A stretch of DNA of 52,245 nucleotides, filler included, from Ginglymostoma cirratum (Eukaryota), in NCBI GenBank assembly GCA_024137785.1. It is 2 parts of 2 records of this genome, joined end to end, with 100 filler letters (N's around TTAATTAATTAA, not from the genome) between each part and the next. Parts side by side here need not be neighbours in the genome. Positions count along the whole stretch, not along the records: positions 25,299 to 52,245 come from JAHRHZ010000271.1; 1 more part is not named here. One strand, written 5' to 3'. Below the pieces are notes generated by a model, which searched no databases, was not told the origin of the DNA, and was given only the letters and a program-made list of their open reading frames with translations. The translations under genes and the position numbers were made by a program. Numbering within the stretch: the stretch's first letter is position 1; each line of letters begins with the position of its first letter. Positions 37,301 to 50,292 of the stretch are shown piece after piece.

Positions 37301-38499
37301 TTAACTACTAAACTCTATTACTATCCTACCAATAACTATCTTCATCGATTCAATTTAACCTTCACATCATCAGCTTTCTTTATGAAGATAATTTTAATAA
37401 TCAGAGGATTGCAGTCTACCTTTTGTTTTTATGCTGTACCGATTTGGAAAAAGGATCTTCAGCACAAGACAGATCCACAAAGATAGGAGAAACACACAAA
37501 AACAGAAATTGTTGGAGAAACTCAGCAGATCTGGCAGCATCTGGAGACAGAAAGCAGAGTTAACATTTCGAGTTTTAGTGACCCTTCTTCGGAACTGGCG
37601 AAACATGTGGCCACAAAATGGGTAGGAGTGGATTCAGCTTTTCCATTGCAGCGATACTTCATTCAAAGTACTCCCATTTCACATTGAAACACATAGCTGG
37701 GGCCAGCGGTGAGTCTTAGAATTCAAAGGCTGAAACCTGAGGCCCTTGTGGCGTCACCAACTCTGAGCCATGAGGCCTGGGTTCAATTCCCACCTGCTTC
37801 GGTGGTGGGTAATAACATCTCTGAATGGGTTGATTAGAAGCTGTTAAACAGTCCACCAATTGGTAAAATCCATAACTTGGCTTATTTGTACTTTAAATCT
37901 AAATTCTCATTGTCACATATTTAGCTTGTTTTAATTAATTTAAAATTATGTTATTTTATTTTAGGAAAAGATTGTTCACGCGTGTATTAGAAAAGTCATA
38001 GTTATAACACACAACCTCATGTTTACCTCACAATTCATAAATCAACTTGCTTGTCACCAGTTACACAGTTGTCTTAACTCACCATTTAAACACCATTTCC
38101 ACAATACAGCAGCAACCGTCCTATCTTACTATAAACAACGACATAACACTTTTCAAAAGAAGGTTCAATTCATTTTATGGTGGAATCTTATTGTGGAACC
38201 TGAACAGACTGGGCTATCGTGAGAAATGTGACAGAATCAGATGAAAAGTTCAGCTAATCCTACCTCGATATTGGGAACAGTTTGCTGCATGTGTTAACTA
38301 AGTTCTTCATGTTGAGATGAGATTTTTGCCTGGGAGCAGTGAGTTACCCATGAAACGAGTATTATTAATTGTCAATGACCTAATTAACTTCAGATCTCAC
38401 ATCATTAATATGTTGTTTTCTCTGGGACCACCCACCATGAGCAAATTAGACGCCAAGAATACTTGACATGCGAGTCAGAGCTGCTTCCAAACAGTCTCC

Positions 38500-39950
38500 G
38501 TCATCTCAGGGTACACTCAATGGGCATCAGCCACATCAACCCCATGTCCACTTACATTAGCACTTGACATGTGTCATTCTCTAGGAAATCTAATGGCATA
38601 TCTCCCAGACACTTACAGGACACCTCTATAATTCAATGCTGCACCCCAGACTGCATCAGCAACCATTGTTACAATGCCACACAGAGTCTGTGTACTCACG
38701 GATGGAGAGGCCTGCACCCATGGCCTGTTTGCTTGCTCTTTGCGAGCTCACCCTCTTTGTGCACACCTGAATGCTCACAGCTTTCCTGCCTTGCATTGCC
38801 TTTTCTCACCGTGCCCTCTCAGCCAGAGGTACCATGCTCACAGCCTTGCTGTATTGCTTTGTTATTTAACGCAGACACAAAGCCAGGAGGCTTGCCATGG
38901 TTGTCAGCACACCCTCAGTCAAGTCAACAGAGATAGCCTTCAGTGAGGAGGTCCTGGCGCAGATAGTCAAGGACAGTATCCAATACCAGTCCAGGGGCTT
39001 GGACATAGTTAGTCAGCTAATCAGGATGGTCAGAGTTAGGATATTCTCCTCATAAGGGATGAAGAGCAGAATAATAGGCAGCTCAGCACCTCTCTTGACT
39101 CTTTCTGCCCTATTGTTGGCTTTTTTTTCTGGAATGAGAAAGAGACAGATACTAAAGGCAATGAATGTGAATGTCACAGCTCTTACTGCTGGTGCAGGTA
39201 GGGAACTGTCCCAACTGAGTGAATAGGCAACGCACAGGGCGTGTAGGGTTAGAGGTTTGGGGGATTAAGAAGGATGAGAGTGAGTGAGGGAAGATGTAGC
39301 AGGTAACAGTGAGAGTGGTAGAATATGAGCCTTGGTGGGAGGTGGGTCCAGCTGCAGTGGTAGGCTGAGTGTAAGGTATCAAGGATAAGATGGATCACTA
39401 ATGCTGACAGAGTGGAAGTCATTGACCTTCTTCCTACATTGTTGTGGATTCATCCAGATGGCTGAGACTGCACTGATCTGCAATGACAGCCTTGAAAAAG
39501 GCTAGTGTAGTCTGGTGTCATGGTGTCCACTGCTGGTCCTGGCAAAGGGGACCTGCTACACCACCCCATCCACTTGGATCTCCAAAGCCTGCACACAAAG
39601 AGGGGTACCAATTTTCGTTTCACTGTCATGTCTGGGGAAAATGTGAGGAACCGTGTAGGGCAGCTCTGGACTGGGTTCTTGTCGATATGCACAATGGCCT
39701 TTTAAAAATGACACCAGTGCCAGGGATGCCGATCTATTCTGGGACACCGCAGCAGTGGCAAGTATGATCAAGGGGCTAGAATTGGTCAAGAGGGGTGCCT
39801 CAGGGGCTGGATTAGTAATTAATGAGGCAAGCTTGGGAAGATGCAGTAAGGAAACTCACTCAGCCTCACAAGAGAGAAACCCTATAGGGACTAACACTTA
39901 GCCAAACATATGGCTTAGTCCTAAGTGTTTCTCGGTGGATCAATGCCTAT
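38500..39950 (-). mobile_element. Degenerate PIF/Harbinger-like DNA transposon remnant (Myb/SANT-like ORF)
   Basis: The minus strand at about 39416-39441 reads QCRKKVNDF, with LEIQVDGVV upstream. A second fragment RKKVNDFL lies on the plus strand at about 43300. Confidence 0.5.
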
Positions 39951-41256
39951 TAATACCAATACTACAGTCAGCATATTCACAGTTCCTTCAGCTCCACCCT
40001 TAACTAACTAGGTGGTCAGGCTATGTGTACCTCCATTTCTACATGTAGATGGTCAGGCTCTTCAGCAAATTTAAGGAGATAACAACCCTGATAAATATCA
40101 TGGGTAGAATTTTTTTTAGACTAGAACTAGGTTTTCTTAGTATGGGTAGTCTGTTTGTACATGTGAGTACGCAGACTGATGAACTCCTACACACAAAATG
40201 GGGAGACTTGCTCGGAGATTGCACATCAGTGAAAGGGCTACTCAGTAATAGTAATAATTATATGATGTGCATTTCATTCAAGCAAGCTTGGGATCAATGA
40301 AATTCCCCTATTGTATATGAATCTAGTCAAAAATCCAGTGTATTACACATGGATGTTGTACTCCCAAATTCCAACTAGAGAAAGACAGATCTGGATCCTA
40401 TCTGCAGTTACTTTTATGAGCACTTATTAACACATATACATTACAAACGGACACCTTCTCATCTACTAAAACAGTTTTGCTCCATTTGTGTTTATAAGAC
40501 CAGAAGTGAATCTGCAGTTAATGCCTATCGCATACAATTAAATACAATTAACAATGGTAGCCTTCAGGTAGACTTTTAGATACATATACTTCATGCAGGT
40601 TGCACATTACAAACTGTATAAAGAAGAAATTCTATATCTATATACCAGCTTAGCTTATCTCAAAGTGCTTAAGATTAAATTAATTGGTTTTTAGGAAATA
40701 CATTCATAACTATACATTATGCACAATATGTATAAACACCCGTGTCCATTTTTGCCAGAACATTCCAAATAAGTTACTCATTACAGACTGGCAAATTATG
40801 GGGTAATGTTCCTGTAATTTCTTGATATGAACTCCTAAGAGGTGAGACTCAGTACCAGGTAAATGCATTCATGAAACCAGCGCAAAACTGTCCTTGTAAT
40901 ATCTGTTTAGAAATTCCATTGCCCAGCCATATAAATCCAGCACTGAAATAGCACGTAAATAAAAAAAGTTCATTGACCAATATACTGAAATATGATGCAC
41001 ACCAATGTTCATAACTTACACTCCAGTTTACATTCAATGAACTGCTTTCTTTCTGACAAAGATATTTCTTACCATGCTTGTCAAAATTAAACCTTAGAAC
41101 ATCTTGGTCATTGATAAAAGTTTGTTCTGTGAAGTGCACAGCATGGTGAATAGCATGTTTTACTCAGAGTTGAAATATGTTTAACAATAGTTAACCAAAT
41201 ATCTACCTCACTTTTCCTTCCTGGCATCGTTGAATAGAAAGAGATTTGATACTCAC

Positions 41257-41390
41257 CCTGTAATTGTTTCAAAAGGCCCCAGCTCAGGAAATTCCAAATT
41301 CTCTGTTGCAGCCTCTCCACCTGCTTCACCCTCTACATTTTTTTCATTGCCAACTATTTTGTTCTTTTTTTTGGTCTCCTTTTCAGCCAT
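41257..41390 (-). CDS. APOBEC2: APOBEC2 coding exon 1 (not captured in frame by the ORF track)
   Basis: ATG at 41390 reads MAEKETKKKNKIVGNEKNVEGEAGGEAATENLEFPELGPFETITG and ends GG|gtgagt (134 nt, phase 2). The ending resembles ELPPFEIVTG at the end of mammalian APOBEC2 exon 1, and the phase matches exon 2. Confidence 0.93.
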
Positions 41391-41489
41391 TGCAGACTGA
41401 AACCTGACGGATCAGTACGATGCGAACAGAATGACAGCAAGTCTATACTGAGCAAGAGGGAGGTCCCTGTCATAGTAATGCCTCACACA

Positions 41490-41499
41490 CTAAATAAGG
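41490..41499 (-). promoter_or_regulatory. Possible CArG/TATA-like AT-rich element upstream of APOBEC2
   Basis: CCTTATTTAG on the minus strand, one mismatch from CC(A/T)6GG, about 100 nt upstream of the ATG of a gene that is muscle-expressed in other vertebrates. Short motif, weak support. Confidence 0.2.
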
Positions 41500-43993
41500 G
41501 AACAGAGGAGGAGGAGAGGTCTCCCAGCCCAAAATAAACTGCCATCAAGTCATTGTCAGTGTCACCAGATCTATCAATCACAAGCAGCTCTTCCTCATCC
41601 AAACATTCTTCCAATCGGATTCAATATGTTCTTTTCGACACATTTCCTCTTACCTTTCATGGTTTAATCCTTTTTTGTTATTAATCTTTGAATATTTTAC
41701 AAAGAAAGAAGAAAGGAAAAGAAAACAATGATGCTGCTGATTTTAAAGTTAGGTTTTTAATAAATATATGTTTCTTTTTAAAGAACCGTCTTCTTTTCAT
41801 CATCTCATTTCTTTAGTTTGGCTTGGTGTGGGGTACAACTCCATTTCTCCCAAGTGACCCTTCTCCATAAGCAAGGTTTAGCAATAAGGGCACATAACCT
41901 ATTCGGTCACAAAAGGCATTACATCCCCAGTGGATGCTATTCTGATTTAGTTTCCATGCACTCTCGGGGGGAAATATCTGAATAGTGATCAGAAGCAGGA
42001 ACCCTGGTTTATTCATTCCCTCTCTAAAGTGCAGTCGCTGAGGCCAATCGAGATGCCCCTAACCTCTTCCAATTGGTAAACTTCCTCCATTTGTTTATCA
42101 ATGCTGACCCTAAGACACGTCATGTCCCAACTCATATTGAGTTCTTGCAAGTGGCATCAGTGTGTACCATCTATAAAGATGCACCACGGTAACTCACCAA
42201 GGCTCCTTTGGCAGCGCTTTCCAAACGCACGGTCTCTACCACTGAGAATGTCAAGGGCAGCAGATGTATGGGAACACCACAATTAACAAGTTTCCCTCCA
42301 AGCCACACAACATCCTGACTTGGAACGATATTGTTGTTCCTTCATTGTTCCTCGGTCATGATCATGGAACTCCCTCCCTTGCAGTACTACAGATTTGCCT
42401 GCATTGCAAAAATTACAGCCATTTAAGACAGCAGGTCACTCCCCTCTTCTCCATGGCAATTAGGGAAGGCAATAAGTGCCATGAGTGAATAAGAACATTT
42501 TCAAAGAGATGAAGAATCAAGACTTAACAATAAAGTAGGTCATTCGGGGTGATTTCTGGAAGAAAACAGAAAATGCAGGAGAAACTCAGCAAGTCTGGCA
42601 GCATCTGTGGAGCGAGAAAAGCAAAATTAATGCTTTGAGTCCAAAATGACTCCATACCATTACATATTTGTTCTAGCACTTTGTTTTTATTCAAATCTCC
42701 AGCATCTATTGTATTTTGTTTTGATTTCAGTGATTTCCAGAAGCACTTCTTTGCATAATGGGTGGCAAAAATCTGAAAAACTAATATTTCAAAGACTGGG
42801 GGTCAATTGAAAAGTTCAAAACTTATTAACTATGAATATCAAGGATAAGGAGCTAAGGTGGGTAGAAAGTAAAGTTACAGTTCTAATTGAACAGCAGATT
42901 TGAGGCCTATTCTTGTTGCTGTGGTTTTCCTATGTTCCAATAATGACACCACAAAACTTACTTATATCACTAAATTATTCCAAGACACAGAAGTTTGAAA
43001 TCCATGGTTTAAATCTTCCACATTTCTTTGGCTAAATGTGAGTCGCGTAGGGATTTTTGGAGGATTTTTTTGCCACAAGGTAGCAGGTTTTCTCTCCATA
43101 TCTTACCAAATTCACCTCATAACTACCTACTTCATCACCATAGTATCCCCCTTATTTGATTCCAGTAACATAACTTCCCTCAAGACAATTTGTGGTCAAG
43201 CTCTTCCCCCAAGACTAGCAGTGGAGACCACGGCACCAGACAATGCCAGCCTGGTCTCAGGAAAGCCATCAGTTCAGCCGTCTCTCAGAGGTCCAATGGT
43301 GGAGGAAGAAGGTCAATGACTTTCTCCATTCTAATAGCATAAGTGCCACCATCTTCACTGAGTAATGACTCTTAGGAATGTCCAGTTCACTTTAGTTGTA
43401 GGATGGTGGAGGTTTGACAATGCTACAGTCAGAGTCCCAGTGTGAGAAAACGATTTTAACACCTGATTGCTAAGCTGTGATCTCTACTGAAAAAGTAAAT
43501 GTGTGAATTAAGGATGAGGACTGGGTCGAAGCTAACTGAAGATATCTTCTATAATAGATAGCTGATTGACCCTTAATATCAGGATGTATGTATAAATACT
43601 GACCACTCGGAAAAGGACAATTGGTGTTGTAACTTGCTTGGCTAGTTGGACATAGATTTAGATTAAAAAAAGCACAACACCAAGAGCTGATTTCTCTGAC
43701 ACAGTATGTACAAGTGTCAGCTATGACTCAGTTGATCACACAATAACCTCTAAGTCAGAAGCTTGTGAGTTCATTGACCGTGGGCTAGGGCAGCATTATG
43801 AGATTGTTGTATTGTCAGAGTTGATGCCTTTCAAGAGAGATAAATAAGACTCCATTTATTGATGCATGGTACTATGTTGCAGAAGAGTAGCAGACCCCTC
43901 CAAAAATCCTGGTCAATAATTTACCACTTAACTACCTTTTCTGAATTACAACAGAAACCTTACTTCAATTAAAAAGTGCATCATTAATTCTAA

Positions 43994-44152
43994 CAGAGGT
44001 AGAGGGAACTGCCGATGCTGGAGAAAAGCTGACGTTTCGGGTCTAGACCCTTCTTCAGAAAATGAAAAAGGGTCTAGACCTGAAACGTCAGCTTTTCTGT
44101 TCCTCTGATGCTGCTTGGCCTGCTGTGTTCATCCAGCTCTACACCTTGTTAT
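43994..44152. mobile_element. Short Penelope-derived palindromic insertion with two opposed hammerhead-like cores
   Basis: gacgtttcgggtctagacccttcttcag...agggtctagacctgaaacgtc. TSD atcattaattctaa/atcactaattctaa at 43980-43993 and 44153-44166. Confidence 0.8.
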
Positions 44153-45989
44153 ATCACTAATTCTAAAGTGCTTTGTGACATCCTGAGGATGTAGGAGTTC
44201 TCTGTTTAATTTGGAAATCTTTTTGCAGAAACTCTTGTTAAAAAAACGTTTCAGGACCCATTCAAGACCCAGGTTAAAGAAGGAAAGCAGGCTATCAAAA
44301 CTCCTATTCTGGACACTTTCCCCTTCAGCATCCGTATTTATTCTCAAGATCCACAACTAAAGAGAGAATGTTGCTGTTGGGAAAGTCCATACAGGTCAGC
44401 TAGCAAAGAGAGAGTAAGGTTTCAAGTGAGACCCTTCATTAGAACATTCTGGACAACGACCATCTTCAGGTTATCCAACCAAGAGAGCTTTTCACCAAAA
44501 TCCTTCTAGTGTAAAGAACTGTCCATGACTGCTCATTGCCAACCGACACATTCCGAGGTACAGGACTAGACGCTGAGAGAGAAACTAAAGCTTGGGGGCC
44601 CAATGTCAAGGGGCTCAATGAGGAAAGCCCACTAACTAAGGGACACTTACAATGAAGGTCTAGAGCTGTAGAAAACTCCTTGCTACAAGCACCAGAGAAT
44701 GTGACATGAAAATGTAAGTTGTAAATATAATCTGTAATTGTAAACCTAGTGAGGCACTGTATTGAAAAATAACGAACTGTACTTGTCTTCATGCAGCACC
44801 AAATTCAAACTGCAATGTTATGTACCTTTACAAATTTTATGAATAATTCTTTTTTGGGTGAATTTGATCAAACCATGCCATGCCTTTATCCAACATTGAC
44901 CATTTATAACGGATGTCAATGGATAGCAATCGGGATCTGGAATTTGCCTTCTGAGATGATCTTCCCTCTCCCGAGTCTAAATGTTTCAACAGCACTGGGA
45001 GCCTTATATTATCGCCCTGTTTGGAAGCAATGGACTCAGATTGGGCTTGAACCTAACTGTGCACTTACTAGTCCAATACCATGTGGGACAATGTTTACTC
45101 TGTGACCTATTCAGGGACCTCTGACTCTCTCTCTCCCTCTTTTGGTTCTAATTTTTTTGCCTTTTATTTATTTTCTTTCTTTAAATATTTTACCCCTGCT
45201 CCAGCTTCTTTCCCTTGTTTATTATCCATGGTTACAGCTGAGCAAACAATTACACTATTCGCTAAATGCACTTTTAATCCACCAACAGCTGCCTTTTCTG
45301 TGCAAAATCCAACTGGCAAGTCAAGATGTGTGTTTCGGCCAGTGCTGTGTGTCACTATGAAAACAGATTGACTGCATGGCAGTACATTCTGTACCTGTAT
45401 GCTGACATTCACTGCACAGCCTAATATTCAGCTTACCGTGCCGTGTACAGACGATTTTAGTGACAGTTTGTTTTTAGCATGTGGCACCATGGTCAAGTGC
45501 ACAATCAAAATTGAAAGCTGCTGCAGCTCCATGGACCCACCTCCCAAATGAATGTTGCATCAGGGTGTACGAGTCTAAAATAATTAATGCTGGGAATTGC
45601 ATTAAGCACCACGCAATGTGATGATGATGCCATAAGTGAGACCAACGGCTTCGGACTGTGAAGGAGGAAGACCTGTTGTTGAGGTGTCCCTCAATCTTGT
45701 AACAATGTCTATCTTACCAATGCAACCTGTAACTAGTTGCTATAATGCGATAAAATACAATTTGTAGAAGACATTAGCCTCTTCTTATTAGATGGCCAAG
45801 TGGTTTTGCTGTACCACACCAAAACAAGGAGCCTCTGTGGATTTCTATCAGGAAAGAGGATTGTGGTCGCAAACCCACTAGACAGGTCATACAACATAAT
45901 GAGCAGTATTGAGGAGTCATCTTATTACATGGTGTCAATAGTAAATGTTGCTGTACCTTCCTATTAGACAGTAACTGTTGAATGTCTGA

Positions 45990-46730
45990 AGAACTTCAAC
46001 AAAACAAAGGAGCTGGTCATTGACTTCAGGAGGTGGAGTGGAGGGTATGTCCCTGTCTGCATCAATGGTGCTGAGGTGTTGGTCAAGAGCATCAAGTTCC
46101 TAAGAGAAATGATCATCAACAGTCTGTCCTGAGCTACACATGTCGGCCTAATGGTCACAAAAGCACAACAACATCTCTACTTCCTCAACAGGCTGAGTAA
46201 ATTTGGCACGTCCACAAGGAATCTTACCAAATTTTATAGACGCAGCATAGGAAGCATTCTATCTGGATGCATCATGGCATGATTTGGCAACTGCGCTTCC
46301 CAAGTCTTTAAGAAACTTCAGAGAGTCATGAACACAGCCCAGTACCAAACTAACCTTCCAACCATTGACACCGTCTGTACTTCCCACTACCTCAGGAAAG
46401 CAACCAACATAATCAAACAACCTTCCCACCCTGGTTATACTCTCTTCCACCCTCTTCCCTCTGGCAGAAGATAAAAGTTTGTACACACGTACAAATAGAT
46501 CCAAGAACAGCTTCTTCCCCACTTTATAAGTCTTCTGAGTGGACCTCACGAACTTTAAATTTAATGTTGATCTCACTTTCTGTGCACCTTCTCTGCAACT
46601 GTAACACTGTATTCTTTGCTCTGCTCTATTACCTAAATGCACTTGTACGGTATGATCTGCCTGTACTGCATGCAAAATAAAACTTTTTACTGTACCTAGG
46701 TACATGTGAAAATAATAAATCAAGTCAAAA
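45990..46730 (+). mobile_element. Rex1/Babar-type LINE 3' end
   Basis: NKTKELVIDFRR...VCINGAEV...KAQQHLYFLNRLSKFG, with a 3' UTR homologous to 4455-4960. Confidence 0.8.
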
Positions 46731-47369
46731 ACGTCAGAGACAGCTGTAATAAGGCTGTTCATGCAAATAGACAACAACGGAAAGAGCTAAACCTTCAAGA
46801 TCCCTGTGACAAGAAGAGAATCCTGTGACAACATTCAATAAGGTGGAATCTACAGTTGATTGTAAAAAAAATGTTCAGGACCTGATAGACTCACAGCAGC
46901 GAGTGAGCAAGTGGTAGGAACTCTATGGAGTTGAGGACTGGTCATGCCAAGGAAATTACAGATTGCATCTGGTACTGGTAATCTGTAGGAGCAGTCCCAA
47001 GTCAAGCTGCAGAGCAAACATGGACATTAGATGTGTAAGATCATTTATTTTTATTTGGAAATACAAACTGAAAAATGGAAGTTTTGACTGATGTGTTGCA
47101 GAGAATGATTCATTGAGTGTCTCTTCTACTATATTTTTATGTAGTGAATCATTCACTGTATCAGCCTTGGAGAGGTTTCATCATATGAAAAGTGCTGGAA
47201 GAGTTTTGTGGCAAATCATTTGTTTTAATATAGAATAATCTAATTTAATATTGTGAGCTGCTTAACTTTAAATACTCACCAAGGAGTGGGGTGGTTGTCT
47301 ATAAATTCACATGTTGGCACAAACACCAATTAAAGATCATTAGTCTTTGGCTTGTGAAATGAAAAGAAG

Positions 47370-47830
47370 TCACAGAGTTATAGAGAGTCGTACAGCATAG
47401 AAACAGGCCCTTCAGTCCATCGTGTCGATGCCGACCAGCAAGCAACAAATTACACTAATCCCATTTACTCGTGCATCTCTTAGCTTGCATTTTAAGGGAT
47501 CACCCAGATACTTCTTCAATGTTGAGCTAGTGCCTGCCTCCACTACCCTCTCAGGCAGCACGTTCCATATTTCTACCACCCTCTGGGTGAAAAATATTTT
47601 CTAGATTTTCTCTAACCAACCTGGTCCTCACCTTAAACTTATGACTTCTGGTCTTAGAAACATCGGCTATGGGGGAAGAGATTATCACAATCTGCTTTGT
47701 CTATACCACTTATAATTTTGTATAATTAATCAGATTGCCCCTCAGCTTCCTCTGCTCCAAGGGAAACAAGTCCAGTATATCCGGTCTCTCCTCATAACTG
47801 AGAGCTTTCATCCCAGGCAACGGCCTGGTG
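47370..47830 (-). mobile_element. CR1 3' fragment
   Basis: Homologous to 23712-24190 (cctgcctccactaccctctcaggcagc...ctcagcttcctctgctccaagggaaac). Confidence 0.7.
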
Positions 47831-49632
47831 AAGACTTTGTTTCCAGATTGCCGCTGGATTCGGAAAAGTTCTGGGCAAACAATCTATCTTGTTCTTGCTG
47901 AAGACCATAACAGGAACAAAGTTTTTTAGCAGTCAGTGCAGAGTTTGGGTCAATTCCAATGGCATCAGTAAGAAGAACACAATTTGAAACAAAGGAGGAA
48001 CAATCCAGGTCTCATTCCTGATAATAATCCAAAAATGTAAGTGGATTTCCCGCGGATACAATGGGAGAACCAAACATGTCTGAGCTGTGTTATAAGCAAT
48101 CATTCTCAAAGTTCAGGTGAAAAATGTCCCCATGAAAGGTGCTGAAGGGTGTTTGATATTTTCCAACCATTTCCCAGCAAGCTGACTGAGAAACAGGGAA
48201 GTCAAAATGCGAATAATGGTGGTGTTTATTTGAAGAAACAGAAGATTTCTAATGGGCTAACTGAGCTGCTATTTTGTTGCTGCACTTTAATTTTGACCAT
48301 AATGATGTGAGCCTTCACTGTGTCAATATATCTGACTGTGCTCTCCTTTCCTATTTTAGACTAGTGGTCCAGTTCCATTTTTAGAAACGCTGTCTCCAGC
48401 AATCAAATCAGTCAGTGGCAGAGTCTGAGCCATAAAATTTCATTGCCAGTGAAACCCTATCAAGGACCAGCTCTGATCTGCTTCATCATTGAAATGTGAC
48501 TTCGTTTTGGAAGTGTAAACCAGGAATCCTTCTACAGTTGGTACAACTGTAAAGAGATTAGCGACAGCACTGAATCCATTTAATAGCAGAAGCGCAATTA
48601 TTTTAAGGAAAGGGTGAAATTGTGCAACTAATGAGCGTTACACAAAGAAGGCACTTTTTGAAGATCTGTTTTGTGCACTCAATTTGCTGATTATTGTAAC
48701 TTGAAATTGCCTGGATGAGCTAAAACAGACACTTTACGATATCAGCAGTCAATCACTGGAAGTGGTATTTGTGGAGCAGCATATGTGAGTTTCATGCACC
48801 CATGGCAGTTTTGAAGTAAATTGCCAGACACAAAGCAATGGGTTCAGGATGGTTCAGGTAATATGTGCGAGGTGCAGAGTTCTTAGAAGTAGCACTGGAG
48901 GTGATGGAGGGCCAGAGGAGGAGGAATACACCGTTACCAGAGTGGGAGAAAGAGCTACATCAACCTTCTGTCCCTGCAGCAGCGCTTCTGTATATGTCCT
49001 CAGATCAAGTTTCAATTTCTCCTCAAGCTCCCTGGCTAGTGACCTATAATTAAGCACTTTCTTCCTCCTAGTGAGTCTCATAAAGTGTACAATATTCTAG
49101 AGTAATACAACACTTAACCACTTAAGTGTAGTTGTCAGGAGATTTATATAAGAAATGCCACTGGAGTGTTGTTGAAGTTTTGACAAAGAATCAACGTAGT
49201 GCCTGCAATCTCCTTTTGACAAAGGGTATCAGGAAGTCTCCCTAAGTGTTTCAACAGGATTTTAGTAATCAACTTGTTCAGAGATGTTATTACACACCTC
49301 TGGAGCAGGTGAGACTTGAACTAGGGCCTCCCAGTCCAGGCATAGGAACCCTACCGCAGTGCCATAAGCTCTTTTCAAGGATTCAGTTGCAAATGAACAG
49401 TGTTAGGTGAGTATGTAGTTAAGTAGCACCTAAAATCCAAAGCAATAAATTGTTTTTCTCTTGATTATTCCTGGTCTATCTTTGGAAAGGGCACCAATTA
49501 ATTCAAACACCATTCACCAAACAGCTATGCACCTTCTTAACGAGTATTAACAAACAAATTAAGTAGTCAACAATCATCTAGGAGACGATTCCTGCTTTTC
49601 AATTCATTTAGCAAGATAGTGTCTTAGGCTAA

Positions 49633-50292
49633 TGTTATGAGCCAGACTAGACACCCTCAAAATATTTTAAGAAGGTAGCCTGGACCTTAATGTTTTCTTA
49701 TTTTAAAGGTAAATATAAAGTGCTGTGTTCCAGACGGAATTTGATTGGTCAAACTACTCGATGTTAAGCAAAATATGATTTGTTTGAATTTTAACCACTA
49801 TTGTTAAAATGCAAGAAAAGAAAGAAGAACTTAGAATAACAACTCAGTTGGAAAACATAACAGAATAATAGATACAGTAACTGTTACTAATTAACTTTTC
49901 CAATATAGTAACACCCCATAAACATGCTCCATGACAAAAAGGCAAATTCGGAAAAATAGATTTGTCTGTCAGGTAACCCAGCAAGAGAGAGAAACCCCAG
50001 CTTCTAGCTGTAACCCAGGGAGGTAAAAGATGGCTTCTATTTCTTCAAATCTGCAGCAGCTTCTGCCCTGCTGAGACTCCAACACCAACTGCTTAAAGCT
50101 AAACCTTAAAAAAAAACACACTAGAAATCCTGATCTGTGAGAGCTGGCCACACACAGCCAGGCTGCTTCTATTGTTCCAACTTTAATAAAGCCAAGGCCT
50201 TGCAAGCTGTTTACTGGCTTTTCAAGCAGACAGCTCATCCCTCTGTCTTAAAACCTCTCTTTAAAAAAAGATCAGGGCACAACAATGTCACA
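49633..50292. mobile_element. Solo LTR (660 bp)
   Basis: Starts TGTTA, ends TCACA (TG...CA) and is flanked by a 4-bp duplication CTAA at 49629-49632 and 50293-50296. Confidence 0.65.

Noticed and set aside
22921-41257. APOBEC2-Ig fusion protein
   Set aside because: APOBEC2 exon 1 ends in phase 2 while the V exon starts in phase 1, and exon 2 stops before its donor.
48849-49081. Overlapping short ORFs (ELEEKLKLDLRTY...)
   Set aside because: No recognisable domain or convincing exon boundaries. Probably a decayed repeat.
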